From Spirochaetia bacterium (GTDB lineage: Bacteria > Spirochaetota > Spirochaetia > CADAEX01): a stretch of 64,000 nucleotides of DNA. Below, one piece after another: positions 10,303-20,494 of this stretch (positions are counted from its first letter, which is position 1; each line of letters begins with the position of its first letter). A program made the translations under genes and the position numbers. The stretch spans positions 64,001 to 128,000 of the forward strand of contig JAZURI010000011.1 in NCBI GenBank assembly GCA_045606105.1, in the 5' to 3' direction. The notes beneath the pieces were generated by a model. That model saw only the letters and a program-made list of their open reading frames with translations. It searched no databases and was not told the DNA's origin.

Positions 10303-11367
10303 TCAGAATGAAATACCGCCGACAACACCTGCGGAGCAGCTGATTGCATCTTCAAAATAGATTGCGAAAGGAACCTCAAGATGTACCGGACCGAGAGAGA
10401 GTCCCAGACCTGCCATAGCCTTGAATCTGATGAAATCATCATCGCCCTCAACCTTTCCGGAAGCGCTTACATCTCCCTGAAGAGCATCCCACCCTGAACC
10501 TGTTCCGTCATCGTAGCGGATAATACCCTTACCGGTATATTCAAGCTCGCTGTCTCTTCCGAACATGATATCGGCACCGAGACCTGCGTAAACATCAAGA
10601 ACCTTCAAAGCGCTTACACCTGTGATGATTTCAACAGGAACAACAAATCCTGAAACCTCTGCCTTTGTTTCAAGCTCAGGCTTCATGTTGATCTTCTTTG
10701 TTATGGAACCGTCTGTCCATGAATGGGAGATACTTCCGAGACCGTCATCCTTCCAGTCCATTTCACTGTGATAATAGGTAAGTCCGGCACCCACATTGAT
10801 ACCGTTCCATCCGAAGCCTAACTTTGAAGCAGGCTTGATAAGCTGATAGTTGACCATGACACCGAACAGATGGGATTCAAAATCGATATCCTCGGCCTCC
10901 ATTGTTGACTTTCCTGCCTTGAGAGTAACATAAAGTCCCTTCTCCATTCCCAGCATGTGTCCCAGGTTGAAGCCTACTGTTCCCACAAGAGCCTGAAGAC
11001 CGGCACCTGCATAGATATCACCCTTGCTGTGGTAATCATCCAGAAATTCATCAATACCGGTATCATCGAAAACAACAGCTCCGTTGCAGGCAAGACTTAC
11101 GGAAATCCACTTGTAGTCCATTGCAGACCTGAGATATCCGCCGTCGGAAGCATAAGCTGATGCATTCCCGAGACCTCTGGCTACATCCTCGGCTTCTCCG
11201 TATTTATTGAAGAATTCGCCGAATTCACTGTTAATATCATCAATACGGCTTGTAATATCTGTCTCAATACCCCAGCCGCTGTCAGGAAGAGTGATATGGA
11301 AATCTGCCGCAGAGGCTGTTCCGGCTGCAAAAAACAGAATAAAAAGAACTGCCAAAAACTTTTTCAC
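10303..11367 (-). CDS. Exported protein, probable outer-membrane beta-barrel
   Basis: Sec signal peptide (ASA|A), alternating amphipathic Gly-rich strands, C-terminal Phe. Confidence 0.6.
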   Translation of the reverse strand: MKKFLAVLFILFFAAGTASAADFHITLPDSGWGIETDITSRIDDINSEFGEFFNKYGEAEDVARGLGNASAYASDGGYLRSAMDYKWISVSLACNGAVVFDDTGIDEFLDDYHSKGDIYAGAGLQALVGTVGFNLGHMLGMEKGLYVTLKAGKSTMEAEDIDFESHLFGVMVNYQLIKPASKLGFGWNGINVGAGLTYYHSEMDWKDDGLGSISHSWTDGSITKKINMKPELETKAEVSGFVVPVEIITGVSALKVLDVYAGLGADIMFGRDSELEYTGKGIIRYDDGTGSGWDALQGDVSASGKVEGDDDFIRFKAMAGLGLSLGPVHLEVPFAIYFEDAISCSAGVVGGISF

Positions 11368-11474
11368 ATTTTTCTCCTTTTATCAGTTTGTGTACTTCTA
11401 TATTATACATTCATTTATTTAAAACTCAAAGTATTTTGTTGTTTTTTAGTAAAAATTATTATATATATAAAAAT

Positions 11475-12344
11475 ATGGATATAAACAGAATCATTTCCTC
11501 CACCGCAGACCGGCTGGAGGAGAGCATAACAAAAAAATATCATGTGGAAACCAGCGAAGAGCTGGGCTTTTCGGGAAGACAGGGTGTCTATGAAATCCTG
11601 GACAACATCCTTTCCATCCTTTTTCCGGGCTGTTACAGCGAGAACAAGATAAGAGAGGGGGAAATCAACTACTTCCTCAATGAAAAGCTCCGCTTTATCA
11701 GCTACCGCTTTCTCAGGTACATAAAGGACTGTCTCAAATACAACTGTCAGGAAGCAAGATGCAACAGCTGCTGCTGCAACGAAAGAGCCGAAGCCATACT
11801 GGCCCGTTTCCTCGAGGCACTTCCCAGCATAAGAAATCTTCTCATTACAGATATCAATGCTGCAAAGAACGGAGACCCTGCGGCAGAATCACTGGATGAG
11901 ATTGTTTTCAGCTACCCTTTTCTTGAGGCCATAGCTACTCACCGCATTGCCCATGTCCTTTATAACGAAAAGCTTCCTATCATTCCGAGAATGATGAGTG
12001 AAAGGGCCCACTCCAGAACCGGAATCGACATTCATCCCGGTGCCTCCATCGGAGAAAGCTTCTTTATCGACCACGGGACAGGTGTGGTAATCGGCGAGAC
12101 CACCACCATAGGAAACAGGGTAAAGATATATCAGGGTGTGACATTGGGAGCCCTTTCCCCTTTCGACAAGAAGGGAGCACCGCTGGTGGGAAAGAAAAGG
12201 CATCCTGACATACAGGATGATGTGATCATCTATGCCAATGCCACTATTCTGGGAGGAAGCACCGTCATAGGGGCCGGCTCCATTATCGGCGGTAACACCT
12301 GGATAACAAAATCGGTTCCCCCTAACAGCATGGTTTACAAATAA
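11475..12344 (+). CDS. cysE: Serine O-acetyltransferase (long N-terminal form)
   Basis: GDPAA, TGIDIHPGA, FIDHGTGVVIGET, YQGVTLG, KRHP motifs. Confidence 0.92.
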   Translation: MDINRIISSTADRLEESITKKYHVETSEELGFSGRQGVYEILDNILSILFPGCYSENKIREGEINYFLNEKLRFISYRFLRYIKDCLKYNCQEARCNSCCCNERAEAILARFLEALPSIRNLLITDINAAKNGDPAAESLDEIVFSYPFLEAIATHRIAHVLYNEKLPIIPRMMSERAHSRTGIDIHPGASIGESFFIDHGTGVVIGETTTIGNRVKIYQGVTLGALSPFDKKGAPLVGKKRHPDIQDDVIIYANATILGGSTVIGAGSIIGGNTWITKSVPPNSMVYK

Positions 12345-13048
12345 GGGTCAAATTCCCTGTATTCACCGGGTCCCAGGGCAGAATCCAGCTCCCAGGGGCC
12401 TATTTTTTTTCTTATGAGCCTGACAACATTGTTTTCCATGACAGAAAACATCCGTCGTACCTGCCTGAACTTCCCCTCCTCCACCGTTACGGTACAGAAG
12501 AAGCTGTTTTTCCACTCAAGAACCGCACTTTTACAAAGAAAAGCTTTTCCCTTCTTCTCTTCCGGCAGATAAAGCCCTTCCCTGAATTTTTCCGTATATT
12601 CCATCTGCTCCCAGGGTGAGACACCGAATTCCAGCTCCACCTCGTAGGTCTTGGAAACAGAAGCCTCCGGAGAGGTTATGTAATGGGAAAAGCTGCCGTT
12701 GTCGGTAAGCAGGAGAAGCCCCTCGGAATCCTTGTCCAGGCGCCCTACCGTAAAAAGGGAACCGTATCTTTCATCCAGCAGGGAAAAGACTGTGGGACTC
12801 CGGTCTGAAACGGTGGAACAGACATAACCGGCCGGCTTGTTCATCATGAGATAGGTATAGCGGGGATTGGGAATCCCGGTTCCGTTTACAAGAACCTCAT
12901 CCCGTTCCGGATCCAAAGCATAATTCCAGTCGGTAATCCGGATACCGTTGACTGAAACCAGGTTCTTTTCAAGAAAGCTGTATGCCCTCCTGGGAGAGCA
13001 TACCTTACGTTCAGATAAAAAATGTCTGAGAGGCTCTTCTATCCGCAT
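12335..13048 (-). CDS. rRNA pseudouridine synthase, RsuA/RluB family
   Basis: S4-like N-terminus, NKPAG, GRLDKDSEGLLLLT, EGKFRQVRRM; start placed at MRIEEP. Confidence 0.9.
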   Translation of the reverse strand: MRIEEPLRHFLSERKVCSPRRAYSFLEKNLVSVNGIRITDWNYALDPERDEVLVNGTGIPNPRYTYLMMNKPAGYVCSTVSDRSPTVFSLLDERYGSLFTVGRLDKDSEGLLLLTDNGSFSHYITSPEASVSKTYEVELEFGVSPWEQMEYTEKFREGLYLPEEKKGKAFLCKSAVLEWKNSFFCTVTVEEGKFRQVRRMFSVMENNVVRLIRKKIGPWELDSALGPGEYREFDPYL

Positions 13049-13577
13049 ATTTTTCCATAAGATGTAAAGCAAGAGGTAAAACACATAACTGCAGGATAAG
13101 TCCGGGATAACCGGCCCTGACTGCAGCCCAGACCATTTCGGCCGGTGCATCGGTCAGGAGAAGGATACAGCCCAGATAAAGGATCCTTCCCGCAAGCTGT
13201 GCCCAGAGGACCTTGAAAAAGAGAGGAATGCGTACATTGTATACGATTCCGGCCATAAGCCCCAGGGAAGCAAGTTCAGCCATCATGAACGGAACTTTTG
13301 CCGCCTCAGGCATACCTGAAATCAGGCAGCTGACAACCGGGCTGGCTGCTCCGATGATTCCTCCGGCAACGGGACCGGCTGCAATACCGGCTATTATTAC
13401 CGGGATATGCATAGGGAGCCAGGTCTTCCCGGGAAATGCTCCCGTGCCGGTAAGTACACCGGCAAGATGAAAGAGCTGGGGAAGAAGAACTGCGGCTGTC
13501 ACGGCCAGCAGGGCTGTGACAGTCTGCTTCCGCAGGGAAGGAAATGGCTTCTCCGTAAAGATTGAGGAAAAGGTCAT
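13011..13577 (-). CDS. ECF transporter S component
   Basis: Small, about 6-TM protein with LPQLFH and LPMHIPV motifs; substrate not assignable. Confidence 0.75.
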   Translation of the reverse strand: MTFSSIFTEKPFPSLRKQTVTALLAVTAAVLLPQLFHLAGVLTGTGAFPGKTWLPMHIPVIIAGIAAGPVAGGIIGAASPVVSCLISGMPEAAKVPFMMAELASLGLMAGIVYNVRIPLFFKVLWAQLAGRILYLGCILLLTDAPAEMVWAAVRAGYPGLILQLCVLPLALHLMEKYADRRASQTFFI

Positions 13578-13591
13578 GGATTCTTATCCTG

Positions 13592-13969
13592 TTATTTTGC
13601 AGCCCAGAGGCTGTGAAGGTTGCAGTATTCGTAAACTGCCACGATCTCATCATCATCCATGAGAGCGAAAACTGCTTCAGGCTTGTCACCCGGCTTCAGG
13701 ATTTTTCTCTGGTTTCCGTTCTTTGTCTGGAGTGCAATCCACTGGATATAGTGTTCTTCAGCCATAGGATGTTCAACGGAACCGATTTTTACTGTTACCT
13801 TGTTTCCCTCTTTTGTAACTACAGGAACATGTTTTTCCTGTGCTGCATCGGTGGTTCCCGGAACAAGCAGCTGCATTGCCTCGCCGCAGCAGATTGTAGG
13901 AACAGGTGTCTCGTTAACCATTGCAACGATTTTTCCGCAGATTCTGCATCTATAAAATTTCATTTCCAT
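13592..13969 (-). CDS. dfx: Desulfoferrodoxin / superoxide reductase
   Basis: CxxC...CC centre I; EKHVP, HPM..EHYI, CNLH centre II; AAGGAG SD. Confidence 0.93.
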   Translation of the reverse strand: MEMKFYRCRICGKIVAMVNETPVPTICCGEAMQLLVPGTTDAAQEKHVPVVTKEGNKVTVKIGSVEHPMAEEHYIQWIALQTKNGNQRKILKPGDKPEAVFALMDDDEIVAVYEYCNLHSLWAAK

Positions 13970-14025
13970 AATATTCTCCTTATATTTATAGAATAAATAA
14001 AACAATCCGAAATTGCAAGCTTTTT

Positions 14026-14433
14026 TTACTTGTCAAGACGACCGTTGTAATCAAGGATTCCTCCGATTTCTATAACCTTGGTATATCCCATTTCCGCCAG
14101 CTTACGGGACGCCTCCTTGCTTCTCCGACCGCTTCTGCAGTAGACATATACCTCCGTTCCCTTGTCGGGAATAAGCTTTTCTGCCTTGGCAAGGGACATT
14201 GTCTCATTTGTGAGAAGAAGAGCCCCGGGAATGTGTCCCCCCTTATATTCATCGGGACGGCGTACATCCAGAAGGACAAAATCCTCTGACTCTGCCATCA
14301 TTTTCATTCCCGAGGCCATGGAGACCGACTTGAAGGAGGCCTTTTCCCCTTTGTTTTTTCCGGCATGGCAGCCGCTGAATATACAGACTGCCAGAAACAG
14401 CACCAGAACTACGATAATAAGATTCTTTGTCAT
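14026..14433 (-). CDS. Rhodanese-like lipoprotein
   Basis: Lipobox-like FSGC; DVR..EY..GHIPGA and YCRSGRRS motifs. Confidence 0.88.
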   Translation of the reverse strand: MTKNLIIVVLVLFLAVCIFSGCHAGKNKGEKASFKSVSMASGMKMMAESEDFVLLDVRRPDEYKGGHIPGALLLTNETMSLAKAEKLIPDKGTEVYVYCRSGRRSKEASRKLAEMGYTKVIEIGGILDYNGRLDK

Positions 14434-15701
14434 TTCTTACCTCTCATAAAATAATCTGCCACCGCCTCGTATGCCGGTATGGACAACGGGTCGATGTACT
14501 TGTTTGAAGCCAGCGGATTAGATGCAAAACGGACTATAACCATCTCTGCCGCAGGATCGATATAAATAGCCTGTCCGTGAACACCTCTGGCCATATATGC
14601 TCCGTGGCTGTTGTTTGTTATCCACCACATGTTATGGTAGCTCCAGCCTTCAAGAAGCGGATATTCCCCGGAATCGGCAAAAGCCTTCCGGCTTCCCCCT
14701 CCCGATACCTCAAGAACGGCTGCCTCAGGGATAATCTGTTTCCGCCCCACTTTGCCTCCGTTTCTGAGCATTTCACCGAAGGCAGCCATATCACGGAGAT
14801 TAAGGGAGAAGCCGCCGCCTGCCGATGCCTTTCCTGCAGGATCCACAAGGTAATATCCATCATGGCGGGCTCCCATAGGAATCCAGATTCTTTCCGAAAT
14901 AAGCTCGGTAATACATTTTCCGGTAACCCTGGAGATTATCCAGCCCATTACCTCTGTATTTACGGTCTTGTATCCGAATACAGCTCCGTGCTCCCGGTCC
15001 GGAAGCTTCTTTACTGTCTTCAGATACTCATAATAGTTTGCAGGCCCCTTGTATCCGGCAGGCCGGAACGGGTTACCGGCTGCGGAATAGGCCCAAACTT
15101 CAGCCTTCGGGTTGTTGTAATCCTCGCTGTAGCTGACAGCGGAGGTCATGTTCAGCAGCTGCTGTACCGTTGCATCCCCGAAGCCTGAACCGGCCAGCTC
15201 GGGAAGATACTCCCTGACAAGCCGGGAAGGATCAATCTTTCCCTCAGCTATGAGTATAGAAGCAAGAATCCCGGTGAAGGACTTGCTTACCGACATTGCG
15301 GCATGGGTTCCGTTACGGTTAAGCCCTGCCGGATATTTTTCATAGACAATCTTTCCCTTGTGAAGAATGATTATTCCGTCCGTATAGTTCTTTTCAAGAG
15401 ATTCCTCCCAGGTCATGGGATGCTCCGAATTCCACGGAACAAAAGTGATTTCATCTATCCTGTTGTCAATGTTTTCCTTGAAAACATAATAATTTCCCTC
15501 AGCAGCCGGAACAGCCCTTGAAGGGAAAAACTCTCTCATGTGATTTACACTGTAACGAATTGCGGGAAACTCGAAAAAGGAGCCGTCCGATGCTGAAATT
15601 ATCTTGTCTTTTTCAGGAGGGAAGCCCTTCATCCAGTCCTGTGCATAAATACTTTCCATACCTATACCTGCCATCAGAATAAAAGCAACAAATTTTTTCA
15701 T
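14430..15701 (-). CDS. Secreted serine hydrolase, beta-lactamase/NylB-like family
   Basis: Signal peptide; SVSK (SxxK), LLNMTS, Y-K-T-V-N-T, GVHGQ motifs. Confidence 0.85.
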   Translation of the reverse strand: MKKFVAFILMAGIGMESIYAQDWMKGFPPEKDKIISASDGSFFEFPAIRYSVNHMREFFPSRAVPAAEGNYYVFKENIDNRIDEITFVPWNSEHPMTWEESLEKNYTDGIIILHKGKIVYEKYPAGLNRNGTHAAMSVSKSFTGILASILIAEGKIDPSRLVREYLPELAGSGFGDATVQQLLNMTSAVSYSEDYNNPKAEVWAYSAAGNPFRPAGYKGPANYYEYLKTVKKLPDREHGAVFGYKTVNTEVMGWIISRVTGKCITELISERIWIPMGARHDGYYLVDPAGKASAGGGFSLNLRDMAAFGEMLRNGGKVGRKQIIPEAAVLEVSGGGSRKAFADSGEYPLLEGWSYHNMWWITNNSHGAYMARGVHGQAIYIDPAAEMVIVRFASNPLASNKYIDPLSIPAYEAVADYFMRGKK

Positions 15702-15746
15702 TTCCTGCCTCCTTACTTAAAAAATACTTACGGCAGGCAGATAGGG

Positions 15747-16607
15747 TCAACTTAAAAAGCTTTTTATCTTTCCGAGAATATTTTCTGCATCCCTGCGCCC
15801 AAGCTCATAGGTACGGAGAATCTTTCCCCGGTTTCTTTCGGTACGCCCGGCCTCAGGTTTTTCGGAAGGTCTGATAATGATGACGTTTCCCTTTCTTTCC
15901 TCTTCCTCAAGATAATCCAGCTGGGCATTGTAAACGTTGTGCCTGTTTTCGACCGCCTTTACAAACTCGGGAAAAGCCTTGTAGATGAACCGTATCATCG
16001 GAAGCATGGAGTTCGGTTTCTTCCTGTAGCCCTTTTCCTGGGTCAGGATTACCACATTTTTTCCGTAGCCCATTTCCTGCATCTTCTTTATAGGGATGGA
16101 ATCGGCAATTCCTCCGTCCAGATAGAAACGGTTATCGATATTCACCACCGCCGCAGCCAGAGGCATGGATGATGAGGCCTGAAGCCATTTTATCTTTCTT
16201 CCCCGGAGAGAATCGCAGAGATGATAATCTGCTTTTCCGGTCTTTATATCTGTAGCAACTGTATAGAAAGGAACAGGATTGGCATCGAAGGTATCGTTGT
16301 CAAAAGGGTCCAGTTCATCGGGGAGCCTGTAGTAACAGAACTTCACATTGAAATAATTTCCTGTGGTAAAAAGGGATTTGAGTCCCATGTATGCAGGATC
16401 GTTGCAGTAACGGGAGGTATATCTGACAGAACGGCCCGGCTGTCCCGAAAGATAGCTTGCGGCATGGATAGCTCCGGCAGAAACGCCCATTATTCCGTCA
16501 AAGGAGATTTTGTTCTCGGCAAAAACATCAAGAACACCGGCTGTATAGATACCCCTGTGGCCACCCCCTTCAAGGACAAGACCTGTTGAATTGACAAGCT
16601 GTTCCAA
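15747..16607 (-). CDS. Patatin-like phospholipase
   Basis: LEGGG, GVSAG, DGG motifs; TTG start after GGAG. Confidence 0.9.
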   Translation of the reverse strand: MEQLVNSTGLVLEGGGHRGIYTAGVLDVFAENKISFDGIMGVSAGAIHAASYLSGQPGRSVRYTSRYCNDPAYMGLKSLFTTGNYFNVKFCYYRLPDELDPFDNDTFDANPVPFYTVATDIKTGKADYHLCDSLRGRKIKWLQASSSMPLAAAVVNIDNRFYLDGGIADSIPIKKMQEMGYGKNVVILTQEKGYRKKPNSMLPMIRFIYKAFPEFVKAVENRHNVYNAQLDYLEEEERKGNVIIIRPSEKPEAGRTERNRGKILRTYELGRRDAENILGKIKSFLS

Positions 16608-16608
16608 T

Positions 16609-18207
16609 TTATTCTCCTATTACTTTTATTCGTCCCTGCGGATCGGCATATTCCTTTCCTATTTTCCCGCCGAGACATTCCGTTATGTACATTTCCAGAA
16701 TATCTGTATCTGCAATCCCTGTATTGACCTTGTTCACGGCATCCTTAAACATTGAAGCGCCCCCACCCATGGATTCGATAAGATAATCTGTTGAAGCAAT
16801 TGAATACATGTGTGATTTTCTGAGTTTTCTGTATTTTCCCGATTCCGGATCCAGAATCCTTATATCCCTGATTCGCCTTTTTCCGTCAATACCGGTGAAA
16901 AATCCGTTCTCATCAAGCTGCACGGGAGAGGGAACTGATGGATCGAAGCTGAACGTAAGCCCCGAAAAATGATAGAAGCTTCCTGTCTCCTCCGGATAAT
17001 TCCTGACTGAAAACTCAAGAAAGTCCCTGAGCTGACGGCCGGTTATCTCAGCTGTGCATATGTTGTTTTCGAAAGGGATAGCATTGACAATATCGAGATG
17101 GGTCACATTTCCGGCACTGATCCCTTTCCTGATCCCTCCGCCGTTCATGGCCCCGATACAGGCTCCTGTCATGATACGGTAGGAATCAGACACCAGGTTT
17201 CCTATATTTGTTTCCCGGCATCTTACGATTCTCTTTCCATCTTTGGAATTTACCTCAAGATCTGCTTCAGAAACCGCAAAGGCACGCTGTCCGTTTAATT
17301 CATTTTCCCGGTTGATTCCTGCTATGAAATCATCCACGGCCCGGTCCCGGCGGGGGTACTTTTCCACGGAAACAAGTTCAGTAGTAACGCGCCCGGGGGT
17401 CAGGGTAAGCTTTCCCATATATGCAAATCCGGAGCCGGTAGAGGAAAGGACCACCTCCTTGCCTGACCTGTCGGTGATTCTCCTGTGTTCCATAACGGTG
17501 TGGGAATGGGCATCCAGCACTGCCGAAAGACCGGATGTATTTTTTATAAGCTCTATGGAGCTCAATTTTTCAGGAACATCCTCACTGCCAAGATGGGCAA
17601 GGGCAACCACGTAATCGGCACCGGCGGCCTTGGCTGCATCTATGCTTTTCTGCACATTCTCAAACAGGTTATCGGAACAGAAGCTGTAGTAAACAACACC
17701 GTTCCTGGTATAAAATGTGGAGCGGGTCGACTTATATGTATCAGGAGTAATGACCCCCACAAAGGCAACATCGGCATCCCCGCAGCGGACAATCGTATAA
17801 GGACTGAAAACATGCTTGTTTTCCCGATCCAGGAAATTACAGCAGACAAAGGGAGCCTTGGACATATCGGCAAGCTCCTTGAGCCGGGCCACTCCGTAAT
17901 CAAACTCATGGTTTCCGGGAGCCACCGCATCGTAACCCACTATATCCATTATCCCGGTAATGTATTCCCCTTTGGAAACAGCCCCATACCAGCCCCCCTG
18001 AATAAAGTCGCCCACAGAGACAGCCGCCACTTTTCCGTGCTTTGCTTCGAGCTCCTGCCTGAAGGCAGAAAATTTGGAATATCCGTCCACGGCACAGTGG
18101 ACATCGTTTTCGTACAGAATTACCGCCTCGGACTGCTGAGCAAAGGCAGGAGCGGAAAAAAACAGTACCAGTAAGGAAACAATCAGTAAAGCAAGCTTTT
18201 TCTTCAT
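16609..18207 (-). CDS. Secreted 5'-nucleotidase / metallophosphoesterase
   Basis: Signal peptide; NDVH, GD, GNHEFDYG, DAHSH, NGGGIR, PFEN motifs. Confidence 0.9.
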   Translation of the reverse strand: MKKKLALLIVSLLVLFFSAPAFAQQSEAVILYENDVHCAVDGYSKFSAFRQELEAKHGKVAAVSVGDFIQGGWYGAVSKGEYITGIMDIVGYDAVAPGNHEFDYGVARLKELADMSKAPFVCCNFLDRENKHVFSPYTIVRCGDADVAFVGVITPDTYKSTRSTFYTRNGVVYYSFCSDNLFENVQKSIDAAKAAGADYVVALAHLGSEDVPEKLSSIELIKNTSGLSAVLDAHSHTVMEHRRITDRSGKEVVLSSTGSGFAYMGKLTLTPGRVTTELVSVEKYPRRDRAVDDFIAGINRENELNGQRAFAVSEADLEVNSKDGKRIVRCRETNIGNLVSDSYRIMTGACIGAMNGGGIRKGISAGNVTHLDIVNAIPFENNICTAEITGRQLRDFLEFSVRNYPEETGSFYHFSGLTFSFDPSVPSPVQLDENGFFTGIDGKRRIRDIRILDPESGKYRKLRKSHMYSIASTDYLIESMGGGASMFKDAVNKVNTGIADTDILEMYITECLGGKIGKEYADPQGRIKVIGE

Positions 18208-18217
18208 ATCAGAAATT

Positions 18218-19636
18218 TCACTTTTTTCTGTATACCGCAGAAAGTTTAAAAAGATAGAATACAAAGGAGGCTGCCGCTAACAGGATTCCTGCCGGATATG
18301 AAACCGATGCACCCAATGCAAAACCCTCCCTGGCCATAAGAATGTATGTAACACAGACTCCTGTCATGAACGCAGCAGGAACTGCAGTAATAAGCGAGCT
18401 GAATTTTCCCTTTCCTTTCCTGATGAAATAGGCGGTAGCAACCCATAAGGTAATCATGGCAAGAGTCTGGTTGCCCCATGCGAAATAACGCCACAGAATA
18501 TTGAAATCAATCTGGGTGAGAATACCGCAGACTGCAAGGACAGGAATTGTAATGATAAGCCGGTTCTTTACGGATGACTGGTCAAGTCCGGTACATTCGG
18601 AAAGGATAAGCCTGGCACTCCGGCAGGCAGTGTCCCCTGAAGTAATCGGACAGACCACCACACCTATGACAGCAAGAATACCGCCCAGGGGACCGAGGAG
18701 AGTACAGGAGATATCATAAACCACCCCGGACTGTCCCATGCGGACAAGTGCATCACCCAATGCATCCGTAGCCCCGTAGAATGCCACACCTGCCGCCGCC
18801 CAGACAAGGGCAATAACAGATTCGATAATCATGGCACCGTAGAAAATACTGCGGCCCAGATGCTCTCCGGTAATGCATTTGGCAATCATCGGAGACTGAG
18901 TGGCATGAAAACCCGATATGGCGCCGCAGGCTACCGTAATAAACATAAACGGCCATATAGGGAGGTTATCGGGATGAAGATCTGCAAAGGTGATTTCGGG
19001 AATATGATATTCGCCGGAAAAGCAGATACCCACAAAAATTCCCAGAGCCATAACTATAAGGATTACCCCGAAAACCGGATATATCTTTCCGATTACTTTG
19101 TCGATAGGCAGAAGGGTTGCAAGCAGATAGTAGATAAAAATCACAACAGCCCAGAATCCCACATTCAGTTTCTCGGGGGTGAGCATGGCAAGAAGAACAG
19201 CAGGACTGGTAATGAATACTGCTCCCACCAGGATAAGCATCGGAACGGAAAAAAGCCTCATGAACCACTTTATCGGTTTTCCGCAGTAGATTCCGGCAAG
19301 TTCGGCAATGGACTCCCCGTTATGCCTTATGGAAATCATACCTGAAACATAGTCATGAACCGCACCGGCAAAGACAGATCCCAGTACAATCCAGAGAAAT
19401 ACCACAGGGCCGAACATGGCACCCATAAGAGCCCCGAAGATAGGGCCTGTACCTGCAATATTCAGAAGCTGGATAAGGAAAGCCTTCCAGGTCTTAATAG
19501 GAACCCTGTCGACACCGTCCGGATGGGCAATGGCAGGAGTAGGTCGGTTATCAGCACCAAATATCTTTTCCGTAAAACGGCTGTATACCAGATATCCGAC
19601 AAGAAGAACCATAAAAGATAAAATCAATGATACCAT
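18218..19636 (-). CDS. cstA: Carbon starvation protein A family transporter
   Basis: NIAGTGPIFG, CGAISGFHATQ, ITSGDT motifs. Confidence 0.9.
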   Translation of the reverse strand: MVSLILSFMVLLVGYLVYSRFTEKIFGADNRPTPAIAHPDGVDRVPIKTWKAFLIQLLNIAGTGPIFGALMGAMFGPVVFLWIVLGSVFAGAVHDYVSGMISIRHNGESIAELAGIYCGKPIKWFMRLFSVPMLILVGAVFITSPAVLLAMLTPEKLNVGFWAVVIFIYYLLATLLPIDKVIGKIYPVFGVILIVMALGIFVGICFSGEYHIPEITFADLHPDNLPIWPFMFITVACGAISGFHATQSPMIAKCITGEHLGRSIFYGAMIIESVIALVWAAAGVAFYGATDALGDALVRMGQSGVVYDISCTLLGPLGGILAVIGVVVCPITSGDTACRSARLILSECTGLDQSSVKNRLIITIPVLAVCGILTQIDFNILWRYFAWGNQTLAMITLWVATAYFIRKGKGKFSSLITAVPAAFMTGVCVTYILMAREGFALGASVSYPAGILLAAASFVFYLFKLSAVYRKK

Positions 19637-19698
19637 AATTTATGATATAACACAGAAGTTTTATTTTGTCTTGCGGAATATGAATTATTTCAGGAAAA

Positions 19699-20418
19699 CT
19701 AAACCAAAATCACGGGAACGGAAGCATCGGCAGTCACAGTACCCGGAACAACCCGGCAGTCCACAGCCATGATCCGTACCCCAGCCTCGGAAGCGGCTTT
19801 CAGGGCATCGGCAAAGGCAGGATCGGTTTCCCGGTTGGGTATAAAACGTCTGCACCCCTTCATCTGGATGACAATGAGAACCCCGCACAGGTATGAACCG
19901 GACAGAGCCAGCTCAGTCAGCTCCTTCACATGCTTTACCCCTCTTTCGGTGGGAGCATCGGGAAACATGGCCACACCGTCCCTTTCCAGAGTGCACCCCT
20001 TTACCTCCAGAAGCATTTTTCTTTCGGTACCTGAAACATCCCTGTATCTTATAAAGAAATCAAATCTGGATTTTCCGACCTTGAATTCGGGCCGGAGTTC
20101 AATGATTCCGGGAAAAAGCTCCCGGTTTCCGGAAATCCACTCTGCAGCAATCCTGTTGGGAGCCTGGCTGTCCATGTTTACGGGATTTGTACTGCCGTCC
20201 GGCATGATCTTTTCCACCGTAACCAGGTCAAAGGCTGTCTTTCTGGCAGGATTGCTTCCCCTTTCCAGGTAGACGGCCGCCCCGGGAACCAGCAGCTCCC
20301 TGCACCGCCCCGTATTCTTGACATGGACTGTCTCTTCCCGGCCGTCCAACAGGACACGGGCTATGAAGCGGTTGGGTCTGCTTATGAATTCTGCTTTAAC
20401 TATATTTTCATACTTCAT
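19699..20418 (-). CDS. sfsA: DNA/RNA nuclease SfsA
   Basis: RPNRF, HVKNTGR, SRFDF, EVKG, FPDAPTERG motifs. Confidence 0.93.
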   Translation of the reverse strand: MKYENIVKAEFISRPNRFIARVLLDGREETVHVKNTGRCRELLVPGAAVYLERGSNPARKTAFDLVTVEKIMPDGSTNPVNMDSQAPNRIAAEWISGNRELFPGIIELRPEFKVGKSRFDFFIRYRDVSGTERKMLLEVKGCTLERDGVAMFPDAPTERGVKHVKELTELALSGSYLCGVLIVIQMKGCRRFIPNRETDPAFADALKAASEAGVRIMAVDCRVVPGTVTADASVPVILV

Positions 20419-20494
20419 GTTTTTTTATTGCCTAATCAAACCAAATCTGATAATTTCATTTATTATATATAAATTCAATTCCAAGGAAAAGCTT

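Noticed and set aside
11388-11474. Upstream extensions given by the ORF track (cysE; likewise trxB, DAACS, def, thiE, thiN)
   Set aside because: They run through AT-rich promoter DNA or the previous gene; downstream ATGs fit family N-termini and the SD or -10 positions.
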